64,000 nt of DNA from Octopus vulgaris (GCA_951406725.2 OX597834.1:5766001-5830000), one strand, 5' to 3'; positions 27,365-40,220 are shown, numbered from the stretch's first letter. The notes: generated by a model not told the origin, from the sequence alone. Program-made: numbers and translations.

Positions 27365-27755
27365 ACTACTCTTTACTCTCTTTTCTCTTTTACGTGTTTC
27401 AGTCATTTGACTGCCGCCATGCTGGAGCACCACCTTTAATCGAGCAACTCGACCCCGGCCCTTTATTCTTTGTAAGCCCAGTACTTATTCTATCAGTCTC
27501 TTTTGCCGAACCGCTAAGTGATGGGGATGTAAACACACCAGCATCAGTTGTCAAGCAATGCTAGGGGGACAAACACAGACACACAAACATACACGCACAC
27601 ATCCATATATATATATATACATATATACGACAGGCTTCTTTCAGTTTCCGTCTACCAAATCCACTCACAAGGCTTTGGTCGGCCCGAGGCTATAGTAGAA
27701 GACACTTGCCCAAGGTGCCACGCAGTGGGACTGAACCCAGAACCATGTGGCTGGT
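27365..27755 (-). mobile_element. SINE family A
   Basis: Reverse-complement match. Confidence 0.9.
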
Positions 27756-27799
27756 TGACAAATTTTCTTTTTTATTTACTGTGTCTCAATGAAGTTGCA

Positions 27800-28130
27800 A
27801 CACCCGTGACCATTGCAAGCCTTTACGACTAGAGAACATGATATTGTTAACATTCCGCTTAAACTATTGAAGTCAGGTACTGTAGAAGACACATGATCAG
27901 GGAAGGAACTCCAGCCAGGTTATATTCTGGGTAGGAGTGGGATTATGGGCTAGTGTAGGAACTGGAGGGCTCAACGCTGCTCAGATGATAAACAGAGGAG
28001 AGTTGAGTAAACTGGGAACGCTTAAGCAGAGCTAGAAGGAAATCAGCTAGCACTGAGAAACTTTTAGAGCAGTGGTTGAAAAGGCAGGGAGAGGAGACTG
28101 CATGCCAACAGGGAACTGGGAATAATTGTT
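27800..28130 (-). mobile_element. Old decayed LINE (CR1/L2-group) ORF2 3' end
   Basis: Minus-strand remnants AVSSPCLF...LKRS resemble post-RT C-terminal regions; frameshifted. Confidence 0.45.
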
Positions 28131-28183
28131 GCTGAAAAACCCCTATTTGTCATTGAGGAATATTATTTTAATTACCTCAGCCT

Positions 28184-28218
28184 TGGAGTGGATTTGGTTG
28201 AGAGAAAATGAAAGAAGC

Positions 28219-28262
<44 letters not shown>

Positions 28263-28297
28263 GCTTCTTTCATTTTCTCTCAACCAAATCCACTCCA
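28184..28297. repeat. Perfect palindrome centred on (TA)n
   Basis: tggagtggatttggttgagagaaaatgaaagaagcctataa ... ttataggcttctttcattttctctcaaccaaatccactcca. Confidence 0.9.
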
Positions 28298-28305
28298 TAT
28301 ATACA

Positions 28306-28344
<39 letters not shown>

Positions 28345-28490
28345 TGTCAATAATAATAAGGGTAAAATTAATTAATTAGTAATTAATAATTTTACCAAGC
28401 AGTAGGAGAAATAGCTAAATTCTTTGGCTGCTATTTCTAAAAGTTTGGTGTCTGGTAAAGTAAATTTTTTTGCTGAACCCTAATTATATA
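28345..28490. mobile_element. Rearranged copy of the (TA)n-embedded fold-back family at 54600-54900
   Basis: First 60 bp match 54600-54658 directly; the remainder matches 54706-54785 inverted. Confidence 0.7.
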
Positions 28491-29032
28491 TATACATATA
28501 TATATATACACACACACATATATATATGTGCTCGCAGGTGTGTGCCTTTGTGTTTGAGTTGTGTTTGTTCCTCGCTACTGCTTGACAACCGGTGTTGGTT
28601 TGCTTACATCCTCATAACTTAGCTGTTTGGCAAAAGAGACTGACATAATATATGCCAGATTTTAAGAATACGTACTGAGGTTGTTCTGTTTGACCAAAAC
28701 CTTCAATATGGTACTTAAACACGCCTCCAGACTGAAACAAGTAAAGAACCAGAGATAAAAAGAACCTCAGGAGATAACTCAGGGCTTGTTTCAGCTTACT
28801 ATGACATCATCAGCAAAGCATAAAATTTCTGTTTTTGTTAAAATAATAAAAACAATATTAGTTATTAATCATCACCAATTTTTTTTTCTTTCCTATATGA
28901 TTATTTCCATTTAGTTTTTTTGATACTTTTTACACAAATATATTAGCACAAACCTAACCATTCTTTTTCATGCCAATTTAACATCGCTGTGTAATCTATT
29001 ATGAGAGGTTATACACACACCTACTGATTGGT

Positions 29033-29095
<63 letters not shown>

Positions 29096-29403
29096 CAATG
29101 TACACACCTACAGCACTCAGAAACCATTTACACTGCAACCGGAAATAATGATTCTTTACAACTGGCAGGAGGCCATACATTTACCAAAGATGGCTTTGAG
29201 TCTATTGAATCAATTCCATTACATGACTGGCAAATATTTTATTGACCCCTAAACAGATAAAAGACAAAGTTGGTACTGATGGGATTTGTACTTGGAATAC
29301 AGAAGCGCATAACTAAACACATTAAGACATTTAGCCTGGCACTCTACCATTTTGCTTTCTCTACTACCGTTAATGGTTTCTTGCATTGGCACCATGCCAC
29401 CCA

Positions 29404-29452
<49 letters not shown>

Positions 29453-30267
29453 GTGTGTGCGTGTGTGTGAAGAGGGGTGGGTAGGTACAACTAAATTGGC
29501 TTTGGTACATGACTAGAAAGTAATACTGAACCCCGTGAGATTTGAACTCAGTATGTAAAATGACAGAATTATATACTGACAATGACAAAGCACAACAATA
29601 GAGATCAGTAATGAGGTGAGCCTCTCCATGGTCACTTGCTGTGCTAGAAATCACAGCAAAATCTCCATCATATCGCACCATACCATCATTAAATAACAAA
29701 GTTGTAGATGCACTATGCTTGTAAAGTAAATGATGAGAAGGCCATGGTTGGAATGTATTTAATTATAGTTTCAATTGATCAGAGCTGATATGGAACTAAA
29801 TAACAACAACTAAATTATTTCTGTTATCTACTGACCACTGTGCTACAGGAATATCTTCTTTGTTCTTTGAGTAGCCACAGCTAAGGTGTGTTTCATCATC
29901 CTGCTCCAAGAATCTCAACACCCACCCCCATTAACTTTGGTAGATTCTTTATTTCATGTTGTGTGTCTCAGCCAATAACATCAATATAGTTGAAGAGATT
30001 TCCTCTACTATCAGATTGTGAAAGTCTCCAAGATATAACATAATATAGCCTGGTGTTCAGCATGAGAGCAGTGGCCAGCAGAACCTACCCTGCATTGAGC
30101 TATAGTAACAGAGATGGCTAGAGTGTGCCATCAACTGCATATTTTGGTCTTGTTCTCATGCCATGATATTCTTTGAGTCCTTATGAAATGTTTATTAAGT
30201 ATACCACCAAAGCTATTACGAAACTTCTTATAGTATAGGTTTTGGACTCCATAATTTTGGACTCCGT

Positions 30268-30438
30268 GGTGCAGGAGTGGCTGTGTGGTAAGTAGCTTGC
30301 TAACCAACCACATGGTTCCGGGTTCAGTCCCACTGCGTGGCATCTTGGGCAAGTGTCTTCTGCTATAGCCCCGGGCTGACCAATGCCTTGTGAGTGGATT
30401 TGGTAGATGGAAACTGAAAGAAGCCTGTCCTATATATG

Positions 30439-30469
<31 letters not shown>

Positions 30470-30700
30470 TTGTGTGTCTGTGTTTGTCCCCCTAGCATTG
30501 CTTGACAACCGATGCTGGTGTGTTTACGTCCCCGTCGCTTAGCGGTTTGGCAAAAGAGACAGATAGAATAAATACTGGGCTTACAAAGAATAAGTTCCGG
30601 GGTCGATTTGCTCGACTAAAGGCGGTGCTCCAGCATGGCCGCAGTCAAATGACTGAAACAAGTAAAAGAGTAAAAGAGTAAAAGAGTAAAAGAGTAAAGA
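30268..30700 (+). mobile_element. SINE family A flanked by a 56 bp duplication
   Basis: 30198-30253 vs 30700-30755, two mismatches. Confidence 0.9.
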
Positions 30701-31622
30701 GTATACCACCAAAGCAATTACGAAGCTTCTTATAGTATAGGTTTTGGACTCCATAGTGTCTCTACATTGTCCTGAAGAAAGCCAATCTTGTTGACTTGAA
30801 CCCTTTAGCACTCAGATTATTCTATCAAATGCAACGCTTATTTATTCTCATTGTCTTGCATTATCTTGTATTATCTTGTAGCTTTGAGATTTTGATTGAG
30901 TGACCGTATATTTTTGTAGGGTAGGTGGGAAAGGCTGGGTCTGGCCACCATGAACATAAAACAGGAACAATATTTTGGCTGGATATGGCTGCTTTGAATG
31001 ATTGATTTCCAGATATTGTGCAGCTTCTGATAAGGCCAGCCTTGTCCCTGGCATGTCAGAAAGTCTTTTATTATTACTAGATGTAAAGTACCAATTAATG
31101 CTTAGATGGCTAACATAACACTTATTGACCTATGGTAGATGGTTTGTTAATTACTTTATGGAATGAATATCAAAATTAACACATCCTATACAGTGAATTA
31201 ATTGCTTCAGACTAGGAAGGGTTTAGAAATAAAATAACTGTAAATATAAAATTTTTGACTATCAAGACTACAGAAGTGTGACTTTGAATATGCAGTATGT
31301 AATTCATTGAAATTCTGGACAGGAAACAGTATCCGACATTATTTCACTTCTGTTAGCTATCAGGAATAAATGAGATAACATGTGAATGCAACTCTTATAT
31401 AATTCAAAGGTGGATATATATAACATACACTTAGTATAAAAATAAGGGTGTCTCTAGTCAAACTCCATGTGGTTGCTTACTGTGTTTGAACTGGCAGTTC
31501 CATTTCTCTCAACTGTCTCAGTCCTGGGCTCCTGAGCAAAAGAAGAAATAGTTGTATACACAGTTCCAGGCACTCTAATGGACAGAATCAAACAAGAGTT
31601 TCAGGAGAATAACAATAGGACT

Positions 31623-32378
31623 ATGTAAGGTATACTAGCCATCTCAATATGGCTAACCCCTAAGGGTGGGTGTTACTGTAGCTTGTAGCCCCAGGAGATC
31701 ATCGTCTCCAGCTGGCTTTAGGCACACTTTCTGTGCCCTTATAGTATTTGCAAAGGGAGGTCATCCCTCCCTCGTCAACCTAAGTGATACGCACGGACTG
31801 CAGTTTCTAGGTATTTGTCTGTCTTCGACGTACGGCAATCACCGGTTTTCGATGAAAGGGGGTCCCAATGCAAATACTTATATCATTTTTCCAGTAACTT
31901 TTCATCACTGATCTCGAAAAACTGTCTGCAAGCAATAATAAATCTCTGAACGAGATGTAAACAGTAACTGCACAACAATGTAAGGTATACTAGCCATCTC
32001 AATATGGCTAACCCCTGGGGCTACAAGCTACAGTAACACCCACCCTTAGGGGTTAGCCATATTGAGATGGCTAGTAGATATTTCTTTACTACCCAGAAGG
32101 GGCTAAACACAGAGGGGACAAACAGGGACAGACAAACGGATTAAGTCGATTACACCGACCCCAGTGCGTAACTGGTACTTAATTTATCGACCCCGAAAGG
32201 ATGAAAGGCAAAGTCGACCTCGGCGGAATTTGAACTCGGAACGTAACGACAGACGAAATACGGTTACGCATTTCACCCGACATGCTAACGTTTCTGCCAG
32301 CTCGCCGCCTTCTGAGATGGCTAGTATACCTTACATTGTCGTGCAGTTACTGTTTACATCTCGTTCAGAGAATTATTA
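31623..32378 (-). mobile_element. Penelope-like/retrozyme-like non-coding element: 355 bp unit, partial tandem, inverted arm; family B SINE inserted at 32077-32312
   Basis: atgtaaggtatactagcc at 31623 and 31978; inversion from 32014; SINE TSD tgagatggctagta; degenerate hammerhead at 31790-31834. Confidence 0.75.
31790..31834 (-). ncRNA. Degenerate type I hammerhead ribozyme motif
   Basis: cgtacg TCGAAGA caga caaata ccta GAAA c tgca g TC cgtgcg; homologous to 53985-54029 but core and stem II are altered. Confidence 0.55.
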
Positions 32379-32894
32379 TAACCAAGGTCTGTCACTGAAC
32401 TACTGTATTTGTTCAAACGAATGGACAAAATCACAAAAAATTCAGGCGAATACCAATAAAGGGCTTACTTTCAAAAACCATATTTGTTCACCTGAATCGT
32501 TGTTTCCATCATCACTTTCACCTGTTTGATTGTCTAAATCACTTTCATTGTCTGCATAATGGTAAACTCTTTGTCCAAAAAATAAACATCATCAATAATT
32601 ACCTCAGCTGGGAAGAGTCTAGGCCTTACCCATTTATCAGACAAAATGGTGGGTTCATTAGGGGCTCATTTCATTAGGTGCTCATTTCATTCTTTACTCT
32701 CTTTACTCTATTTTACTTGTTTCAGTCATTTGACTGTGGCCATGCTGGAGCACCACCTTTAGTCGAGCAAATCGACCCCGGGACTTATTCTTTGTAAGCC
32801 CAGTACTTATTCTATCGGTCTCTTGTGGGTAGTAAAGAGATAAGTAAATGATTTTACAATAAACATTGTAGAATTGCAAGGTAAGTACTTTGCA

Positions 32895-33212
32895 AAGACA
32901 CATGACTCAGGGGTTAGAACACTGGGCTCACACTCACGAGGTAGCGAGTTCAATTCCTGGACTTGGGCTGTGTGTGTTGTGTTCTTGAGCAAGACACTTT
33001 ATTTCACATTTCTCCAGTTCACTCAGCTGTAGAAATGAGTTGCAACGTAACTGGTCTTTCCCTTGGACAACATCAGTGGCATGGAGAGGGGAGATTGGTA
33101 TGCCTGGGTGACTGCTTGTCTTCTGTAAACAACCTTGCCTGGACTTTTGCCCTCGGAGGGTAATTCTCTTGGTGCAAACTCATGGTCATTTGTGACCGAA
33201 GGGGCTCTTTAC
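32895..33212 (+). mobile_element. Family D-related tRNA SINE
   Basis: gagttcaattcc B box; gttcttgagcaagacactttatttcac core. Confidence 0.7.
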
Positions 33213-33490
33213 TACTTCATACTTTAGTCTATAGGTGACCGTTGTTTTGTTTGCTTGTAGTAATGTGCTCAAGTACTCTCATATTTCTCTAGAGTAGACA
33301 GAACAGTCGTAGTAGCAGCTGGAGTAGTGGCATTCGTTGTGGCAGTGTTCATCCGGTTATTAGATTTAATTAAAATACAAGAATTTAGAAGATATTAATT
33401 TTCTTGATATATACAAAAAACAAAACAAAACAAGAAAAACATGTCAATTTGAAATATAAACGGTAAAGATCTCGTCCTGCTTAATGAACT

Positions 33491-33532
<42 letters not shown>

Positions 33533-33780
33533 TAAACAACAACAACAGCAACAACAACAACATTGCATGCCAGTAATTTCTTTCTGAGTAATGGGAAATG
33601 TCAAGGAATTAATAAAAGGAACGTTGTTCCAGTCAGTTTAGCAAATATTTTAATCGGAAAAATTTTTCCAGTTTAGGTTAAAAAGGAAAAGCTTAAGAAT
33701 AGAATGCTGAGCTCCTCTCACAGGCATGCTAACATACATACATACATGCATGCATGCATGCATGGATACATACATACATA

Positions 33781-34158
33781 TCTGATGGCTGCCCCCTCGT
33801 TATCAAGTATGGCCATTGCACGAAGCTTAACTGTTACTGGTGCTGTGATCGAATGTGACTTTTTAGCCCAGCTAAAGATCTACAATGTCTTGTACAGAAT
33901 TGGCAACTAAAACCTTTACTGGTAATAGCCGGCTGTAGTTGTAACTGGGCTTCATGTACCTTTGCATGTTGTTTAAGTCCTCCTGCCGAAGTACACTCTC
34001 TTCCACATGCCCGACAGATATGATTAGTATGGTGTGTTACACCGGCACCAGTGGCCAGGTTGTCACTCATCTGTCTCGTTTTATGACTACGAAGATGACT
34101 CTTGAGTCCAGCTTTACTGAGGCAGGGTCTTGCATGTCAGCATCATTGGAAGACCCTA
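33781..34158 (-). mobile_element. RTE-type LINE 3' end with two C2H2-like zinc fingers, inside (CATA)n
   Basis: CRACGREC...GLKQHAKVH and CQFCTRHCRSLAGLKSHIRSQH, short UTR, then microsatellite tail. Confidence 0.7.
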
Positions 34159-34436
34159 CATACATGCATACATACATACATACATACATACATACATACA
34201 TACATACATACATACATACATACATACATACATACATACATACATACATACATGCATACATACATGCATACATACAGACATACACACATACATACATACA
34301 TACACACATACATACATACACACACATACACACACATACATACATACATACACACACATACATACATACACACACATACATACATACATGCACACACACA
34401 TACACACATACACACACACATACATACATACATACG

Positions 34437-34830
34437 TACAAGATTGAGTCAAAACAGTTTTCATATTTCAAGCTTTAATTAATAGTTCCAACAAATTATG
34501 CACAAAAAGTGTTTATTCATCAGGGTATATCCCATCATATTCTATTGCCTGTTGCCATCGTTATGTTAGAAGCTTGAATCTACGTTTTTACCATTTGCCT
34601 GTTTTAGAGGCAAAATAATCCTGGCACCCATTTTTTACCCTATCCACAATGTTGAACCTCTGTTCTAGCAGAAAATGAGCCACAGCTCAGAAAAGATGCT
34701 AATCTGATGATGCAAGAGCGAAGTAGTGCTTCTGGTTCTACAAATTTCTCAAGTTTGCACTTAGTTACATTGACACATCTTTGAATGACCAATGCTGAAT
34801 CTCACGCTTTCAAAGCACCATATAATCGTT
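34437..34830 (-). mobile_element. Very old mariner-like fragment
   Basis: tacaagattgagtcaaaa resembles a mariner TIR; the rest is only weakly recognisable. Confidence 0.35.
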
Positions 34831-34835
34831 GTGAA

Positions 34836-35207
34836 GTGGAGGTGCAATGGCCCAGTGGTTAGGGCAGCGGACTCGCGATCATAGGATCGTGGTTTCAATT
34901 CCCAGTGTGAGTGTTTATTGAGCGAAAACACCTAAAGCTCCACGAGGTTCCGGCAGGGATGGTGGTGATCCCTGCTGTACTCTTTCACCACAACTTTCTC
35001 TCACTCTTACTTCCTGTTTCTGTGTACCTGTATTTCAAGGGGCCAGCCTTGTCACTCTCTGTGTCACGCTGAATATCCTCGAGAACTACGTTAAGGGTGC
35101 ACGTGTCTGTGGAGTGCTCAGCCACTTACACGTTAATTTCACGAGCAGGCTGTTCCGTTGATTCGGATCAACTGGAACCCTTATCGTCGTAACCGACGGA
35201 GTGCTTC
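34836..35207 (+). mobile_element. SINE family D
   Basis: tggcccagtggttagg head; body and end cgtcgtaaccgacggagtgc shared with 5269-5593. Confidence 0.8.
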
Positions 35208-36357
35208 CCCCCCCCTAAATCGTTGTGGTCAACTTCACCTTTTTTCCTTTTGGGATTGACGAAATAAGAACCAGTTGAAAACTGGGGTTGATGTAATTGA
35301 CTAAGCTCTCACCCCAAAATTTTCATGTCCTGTGACTATACTAGAAAGATTTATTATTATCAGTTATGCACTGGGGTCGATGTGATTGACTTAATTCCTT
35401 TGTCTGTCCTTGTTTGTCCCCTCTATGTCTATCCCCTTGTGGGCAATAAAGAAATAAACACTGGGGTCTATGTGATCGATTGTCCCCCCCTCCCCTGAAG
35501 CTGCTGGCCTTGTGCCAAAAGGCGAAGCTTTTATTACTGTAGCTGCTGCTGTTGTTCTTTCTGTTGTTGTTGTTATTGTTGTAGATGCTGCAGCTGCTGT
35601 TGTAGTTGTTATTGCTGCTGTTGTTGTAGTTGTTGTTGTTAAGCTACAAGACAGGTAAAGGTGATTAGGTGATGGTCTAGGGCTTAGGGCTGGGAGACCC
35701 CCAGACCTTGGGAAAAAAATTTTTTTAAACTTTGGTCGTCTTGTTGTAGTCAAGGGCTCTTCGTTGACGCCCGACACCACTGGGAGGTGACCCTCAAAGT
35801 CGCTGGAAATGGAGATCTCCAGGTCCAAATTCCTGAATGGCTGCTGCTGCTGCTGCTGCTGCTGTTGTTGTTGTTGTTGTTGTTGTTGTTCAGCATACAA
35901 GTTGAGAGTCATTTCCAGCTTGAGTGTTTGGTAGATGTTTTAGTACAATGTGTGTAGCCGTTTGGCACATAGCAACACAAAATATTATTCTTGATTTTAG
36001 AAACAACACGATGATAATATATAAAGCTACAGGGAATTAAATGTTTTGCTTTTGTTTACAGAGAATCGCTATTACAGCTTTCTTTATGTAAAATATTTGA
36101 AATGCTAGGGAGAAAAGTGATGGCAGAATGAATAAGAGCAACATCAACAACAATTGAACAGAGAAAATTATTGAATAATTTTGAAGTATGCAGTTCTGAA
36201 ATTATTAGAATATAAAAAAGAATTACAATAATTTGAGCATTTTGGAAAAGGGGAAAATATCAAAAGCAAACATTCAACCACTTGAAAGCAAATAGCAAAC
36301 ACATAAACAGTCATATATACAAGTGCAAACATATGCATATATACAAGTGCAAACATA

Positions 36358-36406
<49 letters not shown>

Positions 36407-36747
36407 ACATTTATGCAAAAATATGCTAACACATGAATATATATACTTAAACATATAAACAGAAATGCATAGAAATGGTAACAAATACAAAGGCATGACG
36501 ATGCATCTGCAAATATGATGCTGCAGATAAAAAAAAATGTTCTGCCTCATTTCACAGGAAAATATGATTATTTTTGTTGTTTAGCCTAAGGTCGGTCAGT
36601 TTATGATTAATCACATTCTAAGCTATGATCGTCTCATCATTTTTTTTCTCTAGAACTTGTGAATTTAGCACTGCATTGTTTAATACATTCTTCCTGTTCC
36701 AAGTAGGCACAGAGCAATTTGAGGAAGATTTGACTGCTATTTCTAAT

Positions 36748-37165
36748 AGGCGCAGGAGTGCCTGTGTGGTATGTAGCTTGTTTACCAGCCACATGGTTCC
36801 GGGTTCAGTCCCACTGCGTGGCACCTTGGGCAAGTGTCTTCTACTATAGCCTCGGGCTGACCAAAGCCTTGTGAGTGGATTTGGTAGACGGAAACTGAAA
36901 GAAGCCCGTCGTATATATGAATATATATATGCGTGTGTGTGTTTGTGTGTCTGTGTTTGTCCCCCTAGCATTGCTTGACAACTGATGCTGGTGTGTTTAT
37001 GTCCCCGTTACTTAGCGGTTCGACAAAAGAGACCGATAGAATAAGAACTGGGCTTACAAAGAATAAGACCTTGGGTCGATTTGCTCGATTAAAGGTGGTG
37101 CTCCAGCATGGCCGCAGTCAAATGACTGAAACAAGTAAAAAAGAGTAAAAAGAAAAGAGTAAAAA
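36748..37165 (+). mobile_element. SINE family A
   Basis: Full-length match. Confidence 0.9.
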
Positions 37166-37559
37166 AGGTCCTATACATCTAAAACCATGATGGACAATGC
37201 ATACTTCCTTCTTAAAATTATAAGATGAGATTTGGGGCAGGTTTTCATACTATACCATAGTTAAAATATATCTTTGTTGTGTCTTTTCTCTAAGTGTTTT
37301 CCCAGCGATTGCTCAGATGAAATTCGGGGTCTAGCACCTTCTGCCAAAACCTTTAAATATGTCACCTGCTTCTCTTCCCAACTGTATAGTTTCTCTGTTG
37401 AGTTTCCAGCTAGTCATAAGACTTTTTATTCTCCTAGTTTTTTTCCTTGAACTGCTACACTTTATCGCTCATTCCCATCACCATATTTTCCTTGGGTCTA
37501 TTATATTCAGTTCTTTAAGTCTCCTGTCAATCAACACCTTTTTGAATTTGTAGACCCCT

Positions 37560-38155
37560 TCTTTTCCTACATTGTAGACCTTTATGCTTACAGTGACCTC
37601 AAGCTTTGTATGGGATAAAAAAAAATAATCGAAATCAAATTCGATTGCAAAGACCTGTTGAGGCAAGTGAAATTGAAATCGAAATCAAACTCGGTGACTG
37701 GCATCCGTTGCTAGTGGAGCGCTAAGAGTACCATACGAGTGAGATCGTTGCCAGAGCAACAAGCTGGCCTTTGTGCCGGTGGCACATTAAACACACCATT
37801 CGAGCGTGATTGTTACCTGTGTCGCCTTACTAGCATTTGTGCTGGTGGCACGTGAAAAAAACATTCGAGGGAGATCATTGCCAGTGCCACTGGACTGCTT
37901 CCTGTGCAAGTGGCACATAAAAAGCAGCATTTGAGCATGGCTGTTGCCAGTGCCACCTAACTGGCCCTCGTGCCGGTGGCACGTAGAAGCAGCCACTACA
38001 CTCTCAGAGTGGTTGATGTTAGGAAGGGCATCCAACTGTAGAAACTGTAGATCAGATTGGAGTCTGGGTTCGCCAGACCTCAGTCAAATCGTCGAACCCA
38101 TGCTAGCATGGAAAGCGGACGTTAAACGATGATGATGATGATGATGATGATGAGA
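37560..38155 (+). mobile_element. Long family C copy (RTE 3' UTR with five diverged about 65 bp units, (GAT)n tail)
   Basis: gtgccggtggcac units then the canonical 3' end. Confidence 0.85.
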
Positions 38156-38199
38156 ATCACATGAGAAAAATGGTCTTGCTATTGGAATAAATAAGTAAA

Positions 38200-38440
38200 C
38201 TTAAAGTGGTGTAAAGATGAGTACATTCGTTTATAGGATTGTAGGAGCAAAAAGAAAACATGAACTGCACAAGTCCAGAGCCAAACCCCTGGCCTTCATT
38301 CGTGGCAGACCACCAGTGCCCAACCTGCAACAGAACCTTCCCAGCATGCATCAGCTTGATCAGCCACAACCGGATGCATCATGAGTCATCTTCTTCCCTC
38401 GTATGATGTCCTTAGACATTGTCAACAACAGACAAACATT
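38200..38440 (+). mobile_element. Old RTE LINE 3' end
   Basis: HQCPTCNRTFPACISLISHNRMH terminal zinc finger. Confidence 0.6.
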
Positions 38441-38669
38441 GTTCTAATATTTGTTTACCTGCAATGGATTAGGGATCCATTTTTGCTTGTAGGTATATTC
38501 TTATAGTTTATCTTCATATTATCATCTACAAATAAAGGGTCACAAGTTGGCCAAGTTATTATTTAAACATTGAACAGAATGCTTTGCAGTATTTGTTCTA
38601 TCATGTTACATTCTGGGTCCAAATCCTATCAAAGTCAATTTTATCTTTCATCCATCTGGAGTCAATAGA

Positions 38670-39135
38670 AAAGACCAAACCATTAACCCAAAAGTCAGGT
38701 CCATCAAGGGTCACCCTGGTTTCGTCAGTGAACAGAACACAACTCATGTCTAACGTCATGTACATTTGGGCCCATTGAAGCCTCAAACTCCTGTGATGGG
38801 GTGTTAAAGGAGGCAGTTTCAGGGACTCTCGCATGGAAGCCATTGTCCTGAGGATATGATTTCTGGTGGTTTTTCGGTACATGAGGAAGTCTGGAGGCAG
38901 TGAAAATGGCTTTGCTTGTCTGTCCAGGTTTCCCACATAACTTGCAGCTGATATTCCTTAAATCCCTAACAGTCACAGTCTTGGAGGTCCCACAATTGAA
39001 TCGTTTCTTCCTTGGTGAAGGGTCCTTCAGGAATCATCTAACTGTGTCTGGTTATAATCAGCATTATTGAAATAATGTTTGTTTTTCCTATGTTGTTATG
39101 GGTTACGTATCTCTCTTCTTGGCCTTTCGCCATCT
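38670..39135 (-). pseudogene. Tc1-like transposase N-terminal fragment
   Basis: PPLTPHHRSLRLQWAQMY...VLFTDETRVTLDGPD (first catalytic Asp motif); frameshifted. Confidence 0.8.
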
Positions 39136-39821
39136 TGTTTGTCAAGCCAAACATCCTCAAAACTGACCTTGTTGTTCATTCTTACAAATACTAGCATAAC
39201 CATGAGCAAGCAAGAGAGCCTGTGTTTGATATGCCTGAAATAACAGCCAAATAACTCTCTAAAATCACAATATATACTTTATTAAAGGAAAGAATCATCA
39301 TCATTGTCAACTCCTGGACATCAACAATCAGAGCCCTAGGACTGAAAGGGCCAGTTTCCTAGTTTTCATGGTGTGTAAGTGCCTGAGGTTACAATATTTA
39401 CTGGGAACTGGATTCCAGTCCATTGCAGAGTTATTCATTTACAACTGAATCAGCTAGAGTGGCACAAAAGGATTTGTTTTCTTTTCAAGAACAAAGCACA
39501 CCGCCAAGTCTGGGAATCACAATCACAATCCTACAATCATGAATGAACCACTCAAACCACTTGGGGCCATTCTGCATTCACAAATGAAAGACTGTATATC
39601 ACAGGCAGAGAAGTGAGTCACTGCTATTTCTAGCGGTTGAGTATCCACATTTAAGTAGGGATAAATATTACCTCTCAGAATTAAAACTGCCTCTGCCCCT
39701 AATATATTTTTTTAATGAGCTCACTGGCTAATTGAACACCTGCACCTGTTCTGAGCACTTCCAATCCATACATTGCTGGTGGAGAGATGAGTTGCCTCTA
39801 TCGCTAGTGGTCAAACATCCA

Positions 39822-40220
39822 TACCTGAGCACTGTATTGTGGTGCACCTGAGCACGGTATTGTGGTGCACCTGAGAACTGTATTGTGGGGTGCACCTGAG
39901 CACTGTATTTGTGGTGCACTTGAGCACTGTATTTGTGGTGCACTTGAGCACTGTATTTGTGGTGCACCTGAGCACTGTATTGTGGGGTACTTGAGCACTG
40001 TATTTGTGGTGCACCTGAGCACTATATTTGTGGTGCACCTGAGCACTGTATTTGTGGGGCACCTGAGCACTGTATTGTGGGGTGCACCTGAGCACTGTAT
40101 TTGTGGTGCACCTGAGCACTGTATTTGTGGTGCACCTGAGCACTGTATTGTGGGGCACCTGAGCACTGTATTTGTGCTGCACCTGTGCACTGTATTCAAT
40201 AATTTCATTATCATTATCAT
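39822..40220 (+). repeat. 20-22 bp minisatellite of the CR1 3'-terminal motif gtggtgcacctgagcactgtatt (about 18 units)
   Basis: Unit matches 1755-1775; the array ends in the same caataatttcattat tail. Confidence 0.9.

Noticed and set aside
28782-28818. Minus-strand CTGATGA...GAAA hammerhead-like string
   Set aside because: Stems I and II do not pair and there is no UH site
32465-32640. Acidic minus-strand peptide ADNESDLDNQTGESDD ending at a GTAAG
   Set aside because: In-frame stop just upstream and no clear acceptor; more likely a decayed element
33834-34070. C2H2 zinc-finger host gene
   Set aside because: Non-canonical linker, broken upstream frame and a microsatellite tail fit an RTE LINE terminus
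39822-40200. CRISPR-like look of short repeats (also the family C arrays)
   Set aside because: No unique spacers, units are homologous throughout, no cas genes, eukaryotic context
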